This document shows positions 32,831-43,023 of a DNA stretch of 64,000 bases, in pieces. The notes under the pieces were generated by a model. The model saw only the letters and a list, made by a program, of their open reading frames with translations. It searched no databases and had not been told where the DNA came from. The stretch lies in NCBI GenBank assembly GCA_963810495.1, contig CAWENP010000001.1, forward strand, positions 153,924 to 217,923, given 5' to 3'. The position numbers and the translations under genes were made by a program. Source of the DNA: an uncultured delta proteobacterium. GTDB lineage: Bacteria; Desulfobacterota; Binatia; Binatales; Binataceae. Numbering within the stretch: the first letter of the stretch is position 1; each line of letters starts with the position of its first letter.

Positions 32831-33373
32831 ATGATTCTGAAGGTCGCCCGTCTAGGTTACCCGGTGCTGCGCGCGATGGCGCAGCCGGTCGCGCCCGAGC
32901 GCATCAACACGCCCGAGTTCCAGCGCCTGCTCGATGATATGGTCGACACGATGCGCGAGTACGTCGGCGTGGGGCTCGCCGCGCCGCAGGTGCATCTGCC
33001 GCTGCGCGTCGCCGTGCTCGAGGTCGAGCATCATCCGCGCTACCCGGAGATGCCGCCGGTGCCGCTGACATTCCTCGTCAATCCCGAGGTCACGATTATC
33101 GATCGCGCGACGATCGAGGACTGGGAGGGATGCCTCAGCATCCCGGAGATGCGCGGCCACGTGCCGCGTTTCAAGCAGTTGCGCGTGACCGGGCTGGGAC
33201 GGCGCGGCGAGGCGCTCGATTTCATCGCGAGCGATTTTCACGCCCGCGTCATCCAGCACGAGACCGATCATCTGAACGGCGAGGTGTACCTGGACCGGAT
33301 GCCGAACATGCGCTCGCTCGCGCACCTGGCGGAATGGCATCGTTTCGCGCTGACGCCTGAAGAACAAAAGTAG
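32831..33373 (+). CDS. def: Peptide deformylase
   Basis: GVGLAAPQV, EGCLSIPE and QHETDHLNG are the three PDF motifs. Confidence 0.9.
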   Translation: MILKVARLGYPVLRAMAQPVAPERINTPEFQRLLDDMVDTMREYVGVGLAAPQVHLPLRVAVLEVEHHPRYPEMPPVPLTFLVNPEVTIIDRATIEDWEGCLSIPEMRGHVPRFKQLRVTGLGRRGEALDFIASDFHARVIQHETDHLNGEVYLDRMPNMRSLAHLAEWHRFALTPEEQK

Positions 33374-33394
33374 GCGGGTATCCGCAGCGCGCGT

Positions 33395-33688
33395 TCACTT
33401 CGGCGGATACGGAAGCTTATCGGGAATCTTGCCTGTCAGCTTGGCCTGCTCGAGGACCTTGGCCAGCAAATCGTTTTCGGTGACCTGGCGCTGCTCCTCG
33501 GCCTGCACTTTGGCGAGCGCCTCGTTGAGCTGGTTGTTCTGGTCCTGAAGTTGCCCGATGCGGCCCGAAAGCTCGCTGATTTGCGCCTGCTCGCGCTGAT
33601 GCTCAGCCTGGTCCTGCTGATACCACTTCCATCCGATCACTGCGGCAATCACCGCCACGACAATCGCGCCGACCAGATAACGATACAT
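33395..33688 (-). CDS. Hypothetical membrane-anchored coiled-coil protein
   Basis: N-terminal TM AIVVAVIAAVIGW followed by a Gln-rich coiled coil. It is the last gene of the minus-strand nitrile hydratase gene string. Confidence 0.45.
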   Translation of the reverse strand: MYRYLVGAIVVAVIAAVIGWKWYQQDQAEHQREQAQISELSGRIGQLQDQNNQLNEALAKVQAEEQRQVTENDLLAKVLEQAKLTGKIPDKLPYPPK

Positions 33689-33730
33689 CGCGTTTAGCGT
33701 GCCGCGCGGGCCAAGGCGCGCGCGGCGTCC

Positions 33731-34111
33731 TTACTTGTGCCGTCCGTGCGGGTCTTGACCGTGCGGATTTTGCGAAGGCGGCGGCGGGCCGACGTCCGCG
33801 ATGCGCGCCTCCAGTTCCGCGCCGCCGACGATTCCCTTGGCGTTGAGCAGCCGGGTCAGCGCGTCGAGCCAGTGACGGTAGTAGTCGGCGCCGCCGCTGG
33901 TAGTGCGGCCCGTCTTCTCCGCCGCGCCGATCTCGTCGATCAGGCTCTGCTGGAACTCCGCCCACTGGAGCTGTCCCGCCTCACTGAGCGCCACCGCGAC
34001 CGCAAACGCGCGCGCCTCCCACGGCTCGCTGAAGACGGCTTCGGGAGCTATCGCGCGGGCGGCCGCGATCAAATCTTCGGCGGTCTTGTGCGTAGCGATC
34101 TTAGCGGACAC
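33731..34111 (-). CDS. Nitrile hydratase accessory protein (beta-subunit-homologue activator / self-subunit-swapping chaperone type).
   Basis: 126 aa. SEPWEARAFAVAVALSEAGQLQWAEFQQSLIDEI is the NHase beta-homologue motif. Lies directly downstream of alpha. Confidence 0.65.
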   Translation of the reverse strand: MSAKIATHKTAEDLIAAARAIAPEAVFSEPWEARAFAVAVALSEAGQLQWAEFQQSLIDEIGAAEKTGRTTSGGADYYRHWLDALTRLLNAKGIVGGAELEARIADVGPPPPSQNPHGQDPHGRHK

Positions 34112-34135
34112 TCGATGAGCCCCGTCGCCCGTGCG

Positions 34136-34801
34136 CTACCTGGCTGCGCGGCTCTCACGCGCGTGCCGCGCAGGAGACTTCGGCAGACCGGTGCCGATCA
34201 TCGAATCGCGCGTGACCAGATCGGCAAGCTCGTCTTCGCTCAGGCTCTCGGTGCCGGCGGGCCGCTCGGGGATCACGAAATAGCGCATCTCGGAGCTCGA
34301 GTCCCACACACGCACTTCCTTGTCGCCGACTTCGACGCCGAACCCTTTGAGCAATCCGCGCGGGTCGTTCACCGCGCTCGCCCGGTAGGCCGTGCTCTTG
34401 TACCACACCGGCGGCAGCCCCAGGACCGACCACGGGTAGCACGAGCAGAGCGTGCAGACTACTAGGTTGTGCACGCGCGGCGTGTTCTCGAGCACCATCA
34501 TGTGCTCGCCCTGCGGACCGGGCGGAAAGCCAAGCTCTTCGATCGCCCTGGCGGCATTGTCGAGCAAACGCTTGCGGTACTCGGGATCGATCCACGCGCG
34601 CGCGACTACGCGGGCGCCGTTGCGCGGACCAACGCGGCGCTCGTACGTGTCGATCAGCTCGTCGAGCGCCTGCGGATTAACCAGTCCCTTCTCGACCAAC
34701 AACTGCTCGAGCGCCTTGACGCGCTGGGCCGGCTCGGACAGGGGGGCATTGTGATGGTCGTGTCCGTCGTGATGGTCGTATCCATCGTGTCCCTCGCTCA
34801 T
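34136..34801 (-). CDS. nthA: Nitrile hydratase alpha subunit, cobalt type, with a His-rich N-terminal extension.
   Basis: Metal-site motif [10 protein letters not shown] (CTLCSC = Co-type). N-terminus [18 protein letters not shown]. 4 nt overlap with nthB. Confidence 0.9.
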   Translation of the reverse strand: MSEGHDGYDHHDGHDHHNAPLSEPAQRVKALEQLLVEKGLVNPQALDELIDTYERRVGPRNGARVVARAWIDPEYRKRLLDNAARAIEELGFPPGPQGEHMMVLENTPRVHNLVVCTLCSCYPWSVLGLPPVWYKSTAYRASAVNDPRGLLKGFGVEVGDKEVRVWDSSSEMRYFVIPERPAGTESLSEDELADLVTRDSMIGTGLPKSPARHARESRAAR

Positions 34802-35649
34802 CGTCGATGTCCCTCCCTGGCGGCCGCACGTGATCGAGCGTTATGCTTGGCGGCCGGCTTTGACGCGCGCGCCTTGGTAGCGGATTTTGCCGCCGGTTTC
34901 TTGACGGCCGTCTTAATGGTGGTCTTGCCGGCGGCCTTGGTGGCGGACTTGACGGCCGGTTTGGCGGCAGCGCGATCGCGCTCGAGGTAGTCCTCCCAGC
35001 AATCCAGGTATACCGGCGCGCGCTGGTTGTGGTCGGGTCCCCACAGTTCCCGGGCCTCGAACGCCACGGTATAGACGTGTTGTGGCTTGCCGCCCTGGCC
35101 GTACGCATGCGTGTCGGGGAAAACGAACACGCCGTGGTCGTAGCGGATGACGCCGCGTTTGCCGCGCGCGTAGCGAGGCAGGCGCGTGTGATGCTCGGGA
35201 TTGAAATTGCGCGCGACGACGCGGTCGCCAACCTTGAAGCCGGGTTTGTAGCTCTTGTTGAAACGCAGCTTGACCGCGGAACTGTCGAACGACTCGACCC
35301 CGCCGCTGCCTCCGCCACGGTCGTCAAGCGATCCGGTCGCCTTGGCCGGCGCGGGCGCCGCGGCATGTCCGCTGGCGATTTCCTCGCGCGTGACCACGCC
35401 CTTCTCGACCAGCAGCGATTCGAGCGCGTTGAGCCACTTCTCGTAATAAGTCGCGGCGAGGTAGCTGGCAGGCGGGATGTGCTCGATCGCGCGGCGGAAC
35501 TCGTCGACGTTGCACACGCGGCGGCCCATCGCGGTCAGCGTCATCCCGAACACGCGCTTCTCCCACTCCGAATGGAAGACAGGCTCGTCATGCTCGCGAA
35601 CTACCGGGCCGAAACCATGCATCCCGCCCAGGTCGTGAACGCCATTCAT
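34798..35649 (-). CDS. nthB: Nitrile hydratase beta subunit carrying a roughly 55 aa Lys/Ala-rich (histone-H1-like) C-terminal tail.
   Basis: Classical start [16 protein letters not shown]. Tail [57 protein letters not shown]. Confidence 0.9.
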   Translation of the reverse strand: MNGVHDLGGMHGFGPVVREHDEPVFHSEWEKRVFGMTLTAMGRRVCNVDEFRRAIEHIPPASYLAATYYEKWLNALESLLVEKGVVTREEIASGHAAAPAPAKATGSLDDRGGGSGGVESFDSSAVKLRFNKSYKPGFKVGDRVVARNFNPEHHTRLPRYARGKRGVIRYDHGVFVFPDTHAYGQGGKPQHVYTVAFEARELWGPDHNQRAPVYLDCWEDYLERDRAAAKPAVKSATKAAGKTTIKTAVKKPAAKSATKARASKPAAKHNARSRAAAREGHRR

Positions 35650-35826
35650 AGATCTAGCCGCCTCTCCAGGTGCTGCCCGATTTTCCAGTTTAGGCTAGGC
35701 TTGCCTGTCGCGGGCAGTCAAGGCGGGGACGCGCTCATCGCGCGCGCGGGACGCGCATTTTACACGCGTGCAAGATTGACCCGCGCCGAGGCGCGCGTCA
35801 GAACTTGTTCAGGCTCCGGAGACAAC

Positions 35827-36540
35827 ATGAAAATAAGATTGGCGAACGCAGTATTAGCGGCGATAGTGTTTGCGGCGATGGCCGTGAGTGGATGCACTCG
35901 CACCAGGACCGGCCTGGCGCAGTATTTTCCGCTCAAGCCCGGGATGGCCTGGACGTTTCGCTTCAGCGGCTCCACCGGAGCCACCGGCGAACTGACCACG
36001 GCCAACCAGGCGCCGCGCAAAGTCTTCGGCTTCACGGCGATTCCGCAGGAGAACATGGGCGGCGATAAATCCTACACCGAGTTTTACGCCGACGACGGCG
36101 CGGGAATCCGCCACGTCGCTATCGACGAAAGCGAAGGGCTGCAGTCGCGCCTGAGCGATCATTCCTACGTGATCAAACTGCCGATCAGCGTCGGCACCAG
36201 CTGGCGCGAAATCGATCGCACCTTTGACGGCACCGTGTACGACGCGACGACTAAGATCGAAAGCCTCGGCGACAAGATTACCGTGCCGGCGGGGACTTTC
36301 AGCGGATGCGTTCGCATCCGGAGCACCGGCTCCGCCTCATCGATGAAGGGGAGAGCGCGCGCGCCGGGCAGGACGTCCGGCCTCAGACTCGTGGCCGACG
36401 ACGACCTCAGCGTCGAGGACTATTACTGGCTCGCCCCCGGCGTCGGTCCGGTCAAGGCGACGCATCAGGAGAGCCGGGGCGAGGGCTCGACGGCCCAGTC
36501 GATCGGCTTCACGCTGGAGTTGGAGCATCTCAAGCAGTAG
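35827..36540 (+). CDS. Hypothetical lipoprotein
   Basis: Internal Met of ORF 35029..36540. Signal peptide MKIRLANAVLAAIVFAAMAVSGC with a lipobox Cys. The 5' 800 nt of the listed ORF is antisense to nthB. Confidence 0.55.
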   Translation: MKIRLANAVLAAIVFAAMAVSGCTRTRTGLAQYFPLKPGMAWTFRFSGSTGATGELTTANQAPRKVFGFTAIPQENMGGDKSYTEFYADDGAGIRHVAIDESEGLQSRLSDHSYVIKLPISVGTSWREIDRTFDGTVYDATTKIESLGDKITVPAGTFSGCVRIRSTGSASSMKGRARAPGRTSGLRLVADDDLSVEDYYWLAPGVGPVKATHQESRGEGSTAQSIGFTLELEHLKQ

Positions 36541-36586
36541 TAGCACCGCGAGCGCGTCGTGTTTTTGTGAGCTACCGGCGCCAGGG

Positions 36587-38104
36587 CTACCACGCGCCTG
36601 CCATCAGCAAGCCCAGGCGCGCCGGATCGCGTTCATCGGCTCCCACCGCGCGCAGGCGGCCGCGGCTGATCACGGCCAGCCGCCCGCATAGCGCAGTGAG
36701 CTCGTCGAAATCGCTCGAGACGAGCAGCACTGCTCCGCCCTCGGCGGCGAACGCGGCCAGCAGCCGATGCACCTCGGCGGTGGCCGCGACGTCGAGCCCG
36801 CGGGTAACGTTATGCGCGACCAGCACGCGCGGCCGGCTCGCCAGCGCGCGCGCCACGCACAGCCGCTGACGGTTACCGCCGGAAAGCTCAGCCGCGAGCG
36901 CCCGCGGGCCGGCGGCCCGGATGTGAAACCGATCGAGCACCTCCGCGCATAGCGCGGAGGCGCGTGACGCGCTGAGCCATCCGAAACGTCCGCACGCGCG
37001 CGCGAGCAGCGGGCGCGCGAGCAGCAGGTTTTCCCATAGCGGCATGTCGAGGACGAGACCGTCGAGGTCGCGGTTCTCCGGAACCACGGCGAGCGCGCCG
37101 CCGCCATCGCTGCTGTCACGATCATGCGCGCCCGCCGCGGCGATGCGAATCGTTCCGCTTTTGGGACGGCGCACCCCGGCCATCGCCTCAACCAACTCGC
37201 TTTGGCCGTTGCCGTCGACGCCCGCGATCCCAACAATCTCGCCCGCGGCGACCTCGAGGTTGACGCCATCGAGCGCGCGCCATCCGTCGCGCTCGACGAC
37301 CAGATCCTTTACTTCGAGCGCGACTGCGCCGGCGCGACCGGCCGTGCGCGCACCCTCGGGCGGCGGTGCAAGCTCGCCAATCATCAGTATCGCCAGCTCG
37401 TCCTCGGTGACCTCGCCGCGCAGCGGACGCGCCACGACGCGGCCGCGACGAAGCACCGTGATGCGGTCGGCGACGGCGAGCGCCTCGGCGAGCTTGTGGG
37501 TGACCAGGATTACGATACGGCCCTCGCCGCGCAGGCGGCGCAGCACGTCGAGGAACGCGGCCAGCTCGCCCGGCGCGAGCAGTCCGGTGGGCTCGTCGAG
37601 GATGAGCACGCGCGGCTCAAAGCTGAGCGCGCGCAGGACTTCCATCCGTACCCGCTCGGCCATCGAGCGCTGCTCCATCCGCACTCCCGGCGACGGCAAC
37701 GCGAAGCCCAGCCGCGCCGCCATCGCAGCGGCGCGCGCCGCGACCTCCTTCAGATCTATTGTGAGGTTTGCGCGGTTCGCGCGCGCGGCGCCCGCGCCGA
37801 AGCCGCCGAGCGCGAGATTTTCCTCCCACGTCATCCGCTCGAACAGCATCGGGCTCTGATGCACCGCGGCGACGCCGGCCGCCAGCGCGGCGGCGGGCGA
37901 GCCGGGCCGCAGCGCGCGGCCGAAAAGTTCGATCGAACCCGCGTCGGGGCGGAGCCGTCCGGCCAGGATGTTCATCAGCGTGGTCTTGCCAGCGCCGTTC
38001 TCGCCGAGCAGCGCTACGATCTCGCCCGGGCGAGCGTCGAAGTCGACGCCGTCGAGCGCGAGCAGCGGGCCGAAGCGGCGCGTGATGTGGCGGGCGGCGA
38101 GCAT
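36587..38104 (-). CDS. ABC transporter ATP-binding protein with duplicated ATPase domains. It is an orphan, with no permease adjacent.
   Basis: Two Walker A sites (LGENGAGKTTL; second domain GVDGNGQSEL) and two ABC signature regions. Sugar-import ATPase-like architecture. Confidence 0.8.
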   Translation of the reverse strand: MLAARHITRRFGPLLALDGVDFDARPGEIVALLGENGAGKTTLMNILAGRLRPDAGSIELFGRALRPGSPAAALAAGVAAVHQSPMLFERMTWEENLALGGFGAGAARANRANLTIDLKEVAARAAAMAARLGFALPSPGVRMEQRSMAERVRMEVLRALSFEPRVLILDEPTGLLAPGELAAFLDVLRRLRGEGRIVILVTHKLAEALAVADRITVLRRGRVVARPLRGEVTEDELAILMIGELAPPPEGARTAGRAGAVALEVKDLVVERDGWRALDGVNLEVAAGEIVGIAGVDGNGQSELVEAMAGVRRPKSGTIRIAAAGAHDRDSSDGGGALAVVPENRDLDGLVLDMPLWENLLLARPLLARACGRFGWLSASRASALCAEVLDRFHIRAAGPRALAAELSGGNRQRLCVARALASRPRVLVAHNVTRGLDVAATAEVHRLLAAFAAEGGAVLLVSSDFDELTALCGRLAVISRGRLRAVGADERDPARLGLLMAGAW

Positions 38105-38117
38105 CGGCGCGATGCGC

Positions 38118-39449
38118 TCAGGCGGGCGGTGGCGGCGGACCGTAGCGCGCGCGCACGTAATCGACCGCCTCGTCGCGCGAGGCCAGCGCGCCGTCGAGTT
38201 GCTGATCTTCGACGTCCTTTAGGATCGATTTGAAATGCGGCCCCGGCGCGAACCCCATCGCGATCAGGTCGTCGCCGCCGAGCAGGCGCGTCGGGCGAAT
38301 CTCCTCGCGGCCCATCGCGCCCAGTGCGCGCGCGCAGAAATGGTAGAAGCTGAGGTTGGAGCTGGAGGCGAGCGCGTCCAGCCGCGAAAGCTCGAGCAAC
38401 TCGCCGAAGCCGTCCTCGGCGAGCATCCGCTTGAGTGTCGCCCGGCGCATCCGCGGCGCCATCACTAGGCGCAGATGATTGCGCACCAAATAGGCGACGC
38501 GCTCCTGCACGAAGCGCGAGCGCCGCATCCGCCGCATGATCCCCTCCGCCATCGCGGCGCCCTGTTCGGTATGCCCGTAGAAGGTGACCTTCTCCCCGGC
38601 CTCCGCGCGGCACTGGGGCTTGGCGACGTCGTGCAGCAGGACGCCGAACGCGAGCGTCTCGGCGCATCCCGCCTCCAGCATCGAGAGCGCGAGCCACGTG
38701 TGGCGGTAAACGTCGCCCTCGGGATGAAAATTTTGCGGCTGCTCGCATCCGATCATGGGCAGCACTTCAGGCATCACGACTTCGAGCAATCCGCTCTCGC
38801 GCATCAGCTCCAGCCCGCGCCCGGCGCGGCCGCCGGTCATGATCGCCACGACTTCTTCGCCGACGCGCTCGGCGGCGATATTGGCGACCTTGGGCGCCGC
38901 GCGGCGCATCGCGGCCCACGTCGCGGGATCGATCTCGAAGTTGAGCCGGGTGGCAAAGCGTATCGCGCGCAGCACCCGCAGATGGTCCTCTTCGAAGCGC
39001 TCGCTGGCGTTGCCGATCGCGCGGATCACACCGGCGCGCAGATCGCGCATCCCGCCTACCAGGTCGATGATCCGCCCGCTTGACGGATCGAAATACATCC
39101 CGCCGATGGTGAAGTCGCGCCGGCGCGCGTCCTCCTCGACCGTGCCGAAGCGCACTGCTGAGGGACGGCGCCCGTCGACGTAGGGTGCGTCGGCGCGGAA
39201 AGTGGCGACCTCGAAGGGCGCGCCGTCGATGACCACAACGATCACGCCGAACCGGGCGCCGACGGAGATCGTGTTGTCGAACAATTCCTGCACGACTTCG
39301 GGGCGCGCGTCGGTGGCGATATCGTAATCCTTCGCCGCGACGCCGAGCGCGCGGTCGCGTACGCATCCGCCGGCGAGATAGGCGACGAAGCCGCCCTCGC
39401 GCAGCCGGTCGATTATCGCCAGCGCCTTCTTTTCCTTCTCGACACTCAT
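38118..39449 (-). CDS. cca: CCA-adding enzyme / tRNA nucleotidyltransferase with C-terminal HD domain.
   Basis: GGCVRDRALGVAAKDYDIAT pol-beta NTase head motif, RRDFTIGGMYFD, and LLHDVAK HD motif. Confidence 0.85.
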   Translation of the reverse strand: MSVEKEKKALAIIDRLREGGFVAYLAGGCVRDRALGVAAKDYDIATDARPEVVQELFDNTISVGARFGVIVVVIDGAPFEVATFRADAPYVDGRRPSAVRFGTVEEDARRRDFTIGGMYFDPSSGRIIDLVGGMRDLRAGVIRAIGNASERFEEDHLRVLRAIRFATRLNFEIDPATWAAMRRAAPKVANIAAERVGEEVVAIMTGGRAGRGLELMRESGLLEVVMPEVLPMIGCEQPQNFHPEGDVYRHTWLALSMLEAGCAETLAFGVLLHDVAKPQCRAEAGEKVTFYGHTEQGAAMAEGIMRRMRRSRFVQERVAYLVRNHLRLVMAPRMRRATLKRMLAEDGFGELLELSRLDALASSSNLSFYHFCARALGAMGREEIRPTRLLGGDDLIAMGFAPGPHFKSILKDVEDQQLDGALASRDEAVDYVRARYGPPPPPA

Positions 39450-39517
39450 GGCCCGTCCGATGCGGTTTAATCTAGCCTCGCGCGCGGCGCGCGGCCACGG
39501 GGGTGCGCAGCGGCGTC

Positions 39518-40585
39518 TCAGCTGAACGGCGACGGCGGACGCGCGGCGTAGCTGCGGCGGTAGACGCGGATGAGCGCGGCGAACACCGCGATCACCGCGG
39601 GGCCAGCGAACAGGCCCAGAGGTCCGTAGACCTCCAGTCCCCCGGTGATTCCGAAAAAGAGCGCGACCGCGGGTATTCCGCTACCCTGGCCGATCGTGAT
39701 CGGCTTGAGCAGGTTGTCGATTACTCCGACCACGATCACGCCCCACACCAGCAGCACCACCGCCCAGCCCCATCCCGACGTGACCCATAGGTAAATCACG
39801 GCCGGAACCCAGATGAAGGCGGTGCCGCCGATCGGCAGCAACCCGGCAGCGCCGGAGGCCGCGCCGAGCAGCAGCGCGTTGGGTACGCCGGTGACCAGGT
39901 AGCCTAGGCAGAGCAGTATTCCTTCGAGCAGCGCCGTCAACAGCAATCCGCGCATCGTCGAGGACAGTATCGAGCTCAAGGTCTCGAACACCATCGTCTT
40001 GTCCTCATCGTTGAGCGGGGTGAGCGCACGCACGAACTCGAAATAGTCCTCGCCGTCGCGCAACAGATAGAAGAAGCTGAACAGCATGATCACGACGCCG
40101 ATGACGAAGGTGACCAGATTGCGCGCCAGGGTCGTGACGTTCGCGGTGAAGTAGCCGGTCAGGTAAGTGCTGGCCTTCCCCATCCAGTGGCGTACGTCCT
40201 CAATGCGCAAGCCCTGCTGCTCGAGCCAGGCCTCGATCGAAGTGATGGTGCCGGAGTGGAGCGCCTGGCTGCCGGCCTGCGCGAATCCGCCCTGGTGAAC
40301 GAACTGGCCCAGCGAGACCTTGGTGGCCTCGAGCGCGAGCTTGCTCGAAAGCCACGCGGTGGGGACCGCGATCACCAGCGCCAGGACCGCGGTGATCAAC
40401 AGCGCGGCGGCAGTGCGGCTGCGGATGAATCGTTCCAGGTGGAGGAGCGCCGGATGAGCGATGAAGGCCAGCAGCATCGCCCACGCGAGCGGCACCAGAA
40501 AGGGGCTCAGCAGCAGGTAAAGCTCGTAGCCCATTAGGGCCAGGAAGCCGAAGAAGAAAATATGTGCGATTCGTTCGCGATCCAT
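39518..40585 (-). CDS. AI-2E family transporter (PerM/YhhT-like)
   Basis: Multi-TM protein. The listed ORF extends to 40777 and would overlap tRNA-Val. The internal start MDRERIAHIFFFGF at complement 40583-40585 avoids the overlap. Confidence 0.75.
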   Translation of the reverse strand: MDRERIAHIFFFGFLALMGYELYLLLSPFLVPLAWAMLLAFIAHPALLHLERFIRSRTAAALLITAVLALVIAVPTAWLSSKLALEATKVSLGQFVHQGGFAQAGSQALHSGTITSIEAWLEQQGLRIEDVRHWMGKASTYLTGYFTANVTTLARNLVTFVIGVVIMLFSFFYLLRDGEDYFEFVRALTPLNDEDKTMVFETLSSILSSTMRGLLLTALLEGILLCLGYLVTGVPNALLLGAASGAAGLLPIGGTAFIWVPAVIYLWVTSGWGWAVVLLVWGVIVVGVIDNLLKPITIGQGSGIPAVALFFGITGGLEVYGPLGLFAGPAVIAVFAALIRVYRRSYAARPPSPFS

Positions 40586-40720
40586 CGCGCTGCCGTTGGC
40601 GGCAGAGCTTAGCAGATAGGCCGCGGGCGGTCGCTCGCGGACGCCTTGGTTGCCCGGTCGGCGGATATTTGTTAGCGGATCGGGTTCGCGGCCGATCAAG
40701 GCCGCCCGGATTTGCAACGA

Positions 40721-40795
40721 AGGCACGTAGCTCAGTGGTAGAGCACTTCCCTGACACGGAAGGGGTCGGCGGTTCAAACCCGCCCGTGCCTACCA
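40721..40795 (+). tRNA. tRNA-Val (anticodon GAC)
   Basis: Acceptor stem AGGCACG/CGTGCCT. D-arm GCTC-AGTGGTA-GAGC. Anticodon stem CTTCC/GGAAG with loop CTGACAC (anticodon GAC). T-arm GGCGG-TTCAAAC-CCGCC, then A and CCA. Confidence 0.8.
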
Positions 40796-40974
40796 GCCTG
40801 TCTTTCGCTACAATAGCGCCATGAGTTTTCCCGCTCTCCAACTTCGCAGGTGCGTCCGTCTCATGAATTCGTGCGTCCATTCATGATCGCCCATCGCTTG
40901 CCGACCGCCGCCGCCGCGCTGACCAGGCCGGCGTTTAGCGTCGCCACGTTCACCCTGGCGAAGTTCTCCCAGCA

Positions 40975-42918
40975 ATGAGCGCGAAAGTCACCGTATCGCT
41001 CGACGGGCAGAGCCGCAGCGTGCCGCGCGGGACCACGGTTAGCGAGGTGCTCGACGGCGCGCGCGGACGCGACGTCGTCGCCGCCCACCTCAACGGCAAG
41101 CTGGTCGATCTGAGCCGCCCGATCGAGGATGACGCCACGCTCGAGCCGGTCAAGACCGACAGCCCCGAAGGACTCGACGTGCTGCGCCATTCGACCGCCC
41201 ATCTGATGGCTCAGGCGGTGCAGAGCCTCTACCCCGGCACGCAGGTGACGATCGGCCCGACCATCGAGGACGGCTTCTTCTATGACTTCGCGCCACCCAC
41301 TCCGTTCACGGTCGACGATCTGCCGAAGATTGAAGCGAAGATGCGCGAGTTGGCGAAGGCCAATCTCAAGGTCGAGCGGATCGAGGTCGCGCGCGCCGAG
41401 GCGATCGAGCGCTTCGCCGCGATGGGCGAGCATTACAAGGTCGAAATCCTAAACGACATTTCAGACGATCGCGTGTCGATCTATCGTCAGGGCGACTGGA
41501 TGGATCTGTGCCGCGGGCCGCACGTCCCGGCGACCGGCTACATCCGCGCCTTCAAGCTGACCAGCGTGGCCGGCGCATACTGGCGCGGCGATGAGCACAA
41601 CGCGATGCTGTCGCGGATTTACGGGACCTCGTTCGCGAGCAAGGAGGCGCTGGAAGAGCATCTGAAGCTGCTCGAGCTGGCGCGCTCGCGCGACCATCGC
41701 AAGATCGGTCGCGAGATGGGTCTGTTCGTGTTCGATCCGATCTCTCCCGGCTCGCCGTTTTTCCTGCCCAAGGGCGCGATCATCTACAACGCGCTCGTCG
41801 ACTACATCCGCCGCCTTTACTGGCGCTACGGCTTCGACGAAGTGATTACGCCGCAGGTCTTCAAGAACGAGATGTGGCATACCTCGGGCCACTGGGACAA
41901 TTTTCGCGAGAACATGTTTCTGACCACCGATCGCGAGGGTGCGGAAGCCGACCAGATCGACTCCAGTCTCGAGGGATGGCGCAAAGGCTACGCGTTCAAG
42001 CCGATGAACTGTCCGGGGCACACTTTCATCTACCGCGCCGAGAAGCGTTCGTACCGTGACCTGCCGCTCAGGATCGCCGACTTCGGCCGGCTCCATCGCG
42101 CCGAGCGCTCGGGCACACTGCACGGGCTGACGCGCGTGCGTTCGATGGCGCAGGACGACGCGCACATCTTCTGCACCACCGCGCAGATCCCCGGCGAAAT
42201 CGATCTCAACCTGCAGATGGTGCGCGACATCTACCAGGCGCTGGGCTTCGAGCGGCTGGAGTCCAAGGTCGCCACGATGCCCGACAAGCATCTCGGCACC
42301 GAGGAGTTGTGGCGCACCAGCGAGGCGATTTTGTGCGAGGCGCTCACGCGCAACGCCTTTGCCTACGAAATCAATCCGGGCGAGGGCGCGTTTTACGGGC
42401 CGAAGATCGAAATTTACGTGCCCGACGCGCTCAAGCGGCGCTGGCAGCTCGCGACCATCCAGCTCGACTACAGCACGCCCGAGAATTTCGATCTCACTTT
42501 CACCAACGCGGCCAGCGCTGAGGAACGTCCGGTGATGATCCATCGCGCGATCCTGGGCTCGCTCGAGCGCTTCATCGGGGTACTGCTCGAGCATACGGGC
42601 GGGGTGTTGCCGTTTTGGCTCGCGCCCGAGCAGGCGCGGGTACTTTCGCTGAGCGAAAAGGTCGAGGCGTATGCGGCCGAGATCGCCGGCATCCTCAGGC
42701 GCGAGGGCCTGCGCGCGTCAGCCGATCTCCGCAACGAGAAGCTGGGCTTCAAGGTGCGTGAGGCCGAGCTGGCCAAGGTGCCCTATATGATCGTCGTGGG
42801 CGAGCGCGAGGCGGCCGCGCGCAGCGTGTCGCTGCGGCTTTTGCGCGGGGCCAAGAGCGAGGTCATGGCGCTTGAAAAAGTGGTGGAGCTGCTAAAAAGT
42901 GAACCGCTGCCGGGCTAG
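40975..42918 (+). CDS. thrS: Threonine--tRNA ligase
   Basis: 647 aa. TGS N-domain, class II motifs (HRAERSGTLHGLTRVR...), and the conserved thrS-infC-rpmI-rplT cluster. Confidence 0.95.
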   Translation: MSAKVTVSLDGQSRSVPRGTTVSEVLDGARGRDVVAAHLNGKLVDLSRPIEDDATLEPVKTDSPEGLDVLRHSTAHLMAQAVQSLYPGTQVTIGPTIEDGFFYDFAPPTPFTVDDLPKIEAKMRELAKANLKVERIEVARAEAIERFAAMGEHYKVEILNDISDDRVSIYRQGDWMDLCRGPHVPATGYIRAFKLTSVAGAYWRGDEHNAMLSRIYGTSFASKEALEEHLKLLELARSRDHRKIGREMGLFVFDPISPGSPFFLPKGAIIYNALVDYIRRLYWRYGFDEVITPQVFKNEMWHTSGHWDNFRENMFLTTDREGAEADQIDSSLEGWRKGYAFKPMNCPGHTFIYRAEKRSYRDLPLRIADFGRLHRAERSGTLHGLTRVRSMAQDDAHIFCTTAQIPGEIDLNLQMVRDIYQALGFERLESKVATMPDKHLGTEELWRTSEAILCEALTRNAFAYEINPGEGAFYGPKIEIYVPDALKRRWQLATIQLDYSTPENFDLTFTNAASAEERPVMIHRAILGSLERFIGVLLEHTGGVLPFWLAPEQARVLSLSEKVEAYAAEIAGILRREGLRASADLRNEKLGFKVREAELAKVPYMIVVGEREAAARSVSLRLLRGAKSEVMALEKVVELLKSEPLPG

Positions 42919-43023
42919 CCAATCGCGGCGGCGGCGAGGGAAACGATCCAAATAGAATTGCCGTTGATGGGAGGAACTACCAATTCAGCGGCAAGTCGGC
43001 TGGGATGCCGACGGAGGTGATTT

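Noticed and set aside
35029-35826. 5' 800 nt of listed ORF 35029..36540
   Set aside because: This part is antisense to nthB. Only the downstream Met at 35827 with lipoprotein signal peptide is credible.
40586-40777. N-terminal 64 codons of the AI-2E transporter ORF
   Set aside because: They would overlap tRNA-Val (40721-40795) on the other strand. The internal Met before the first TM helix is the plausible start.
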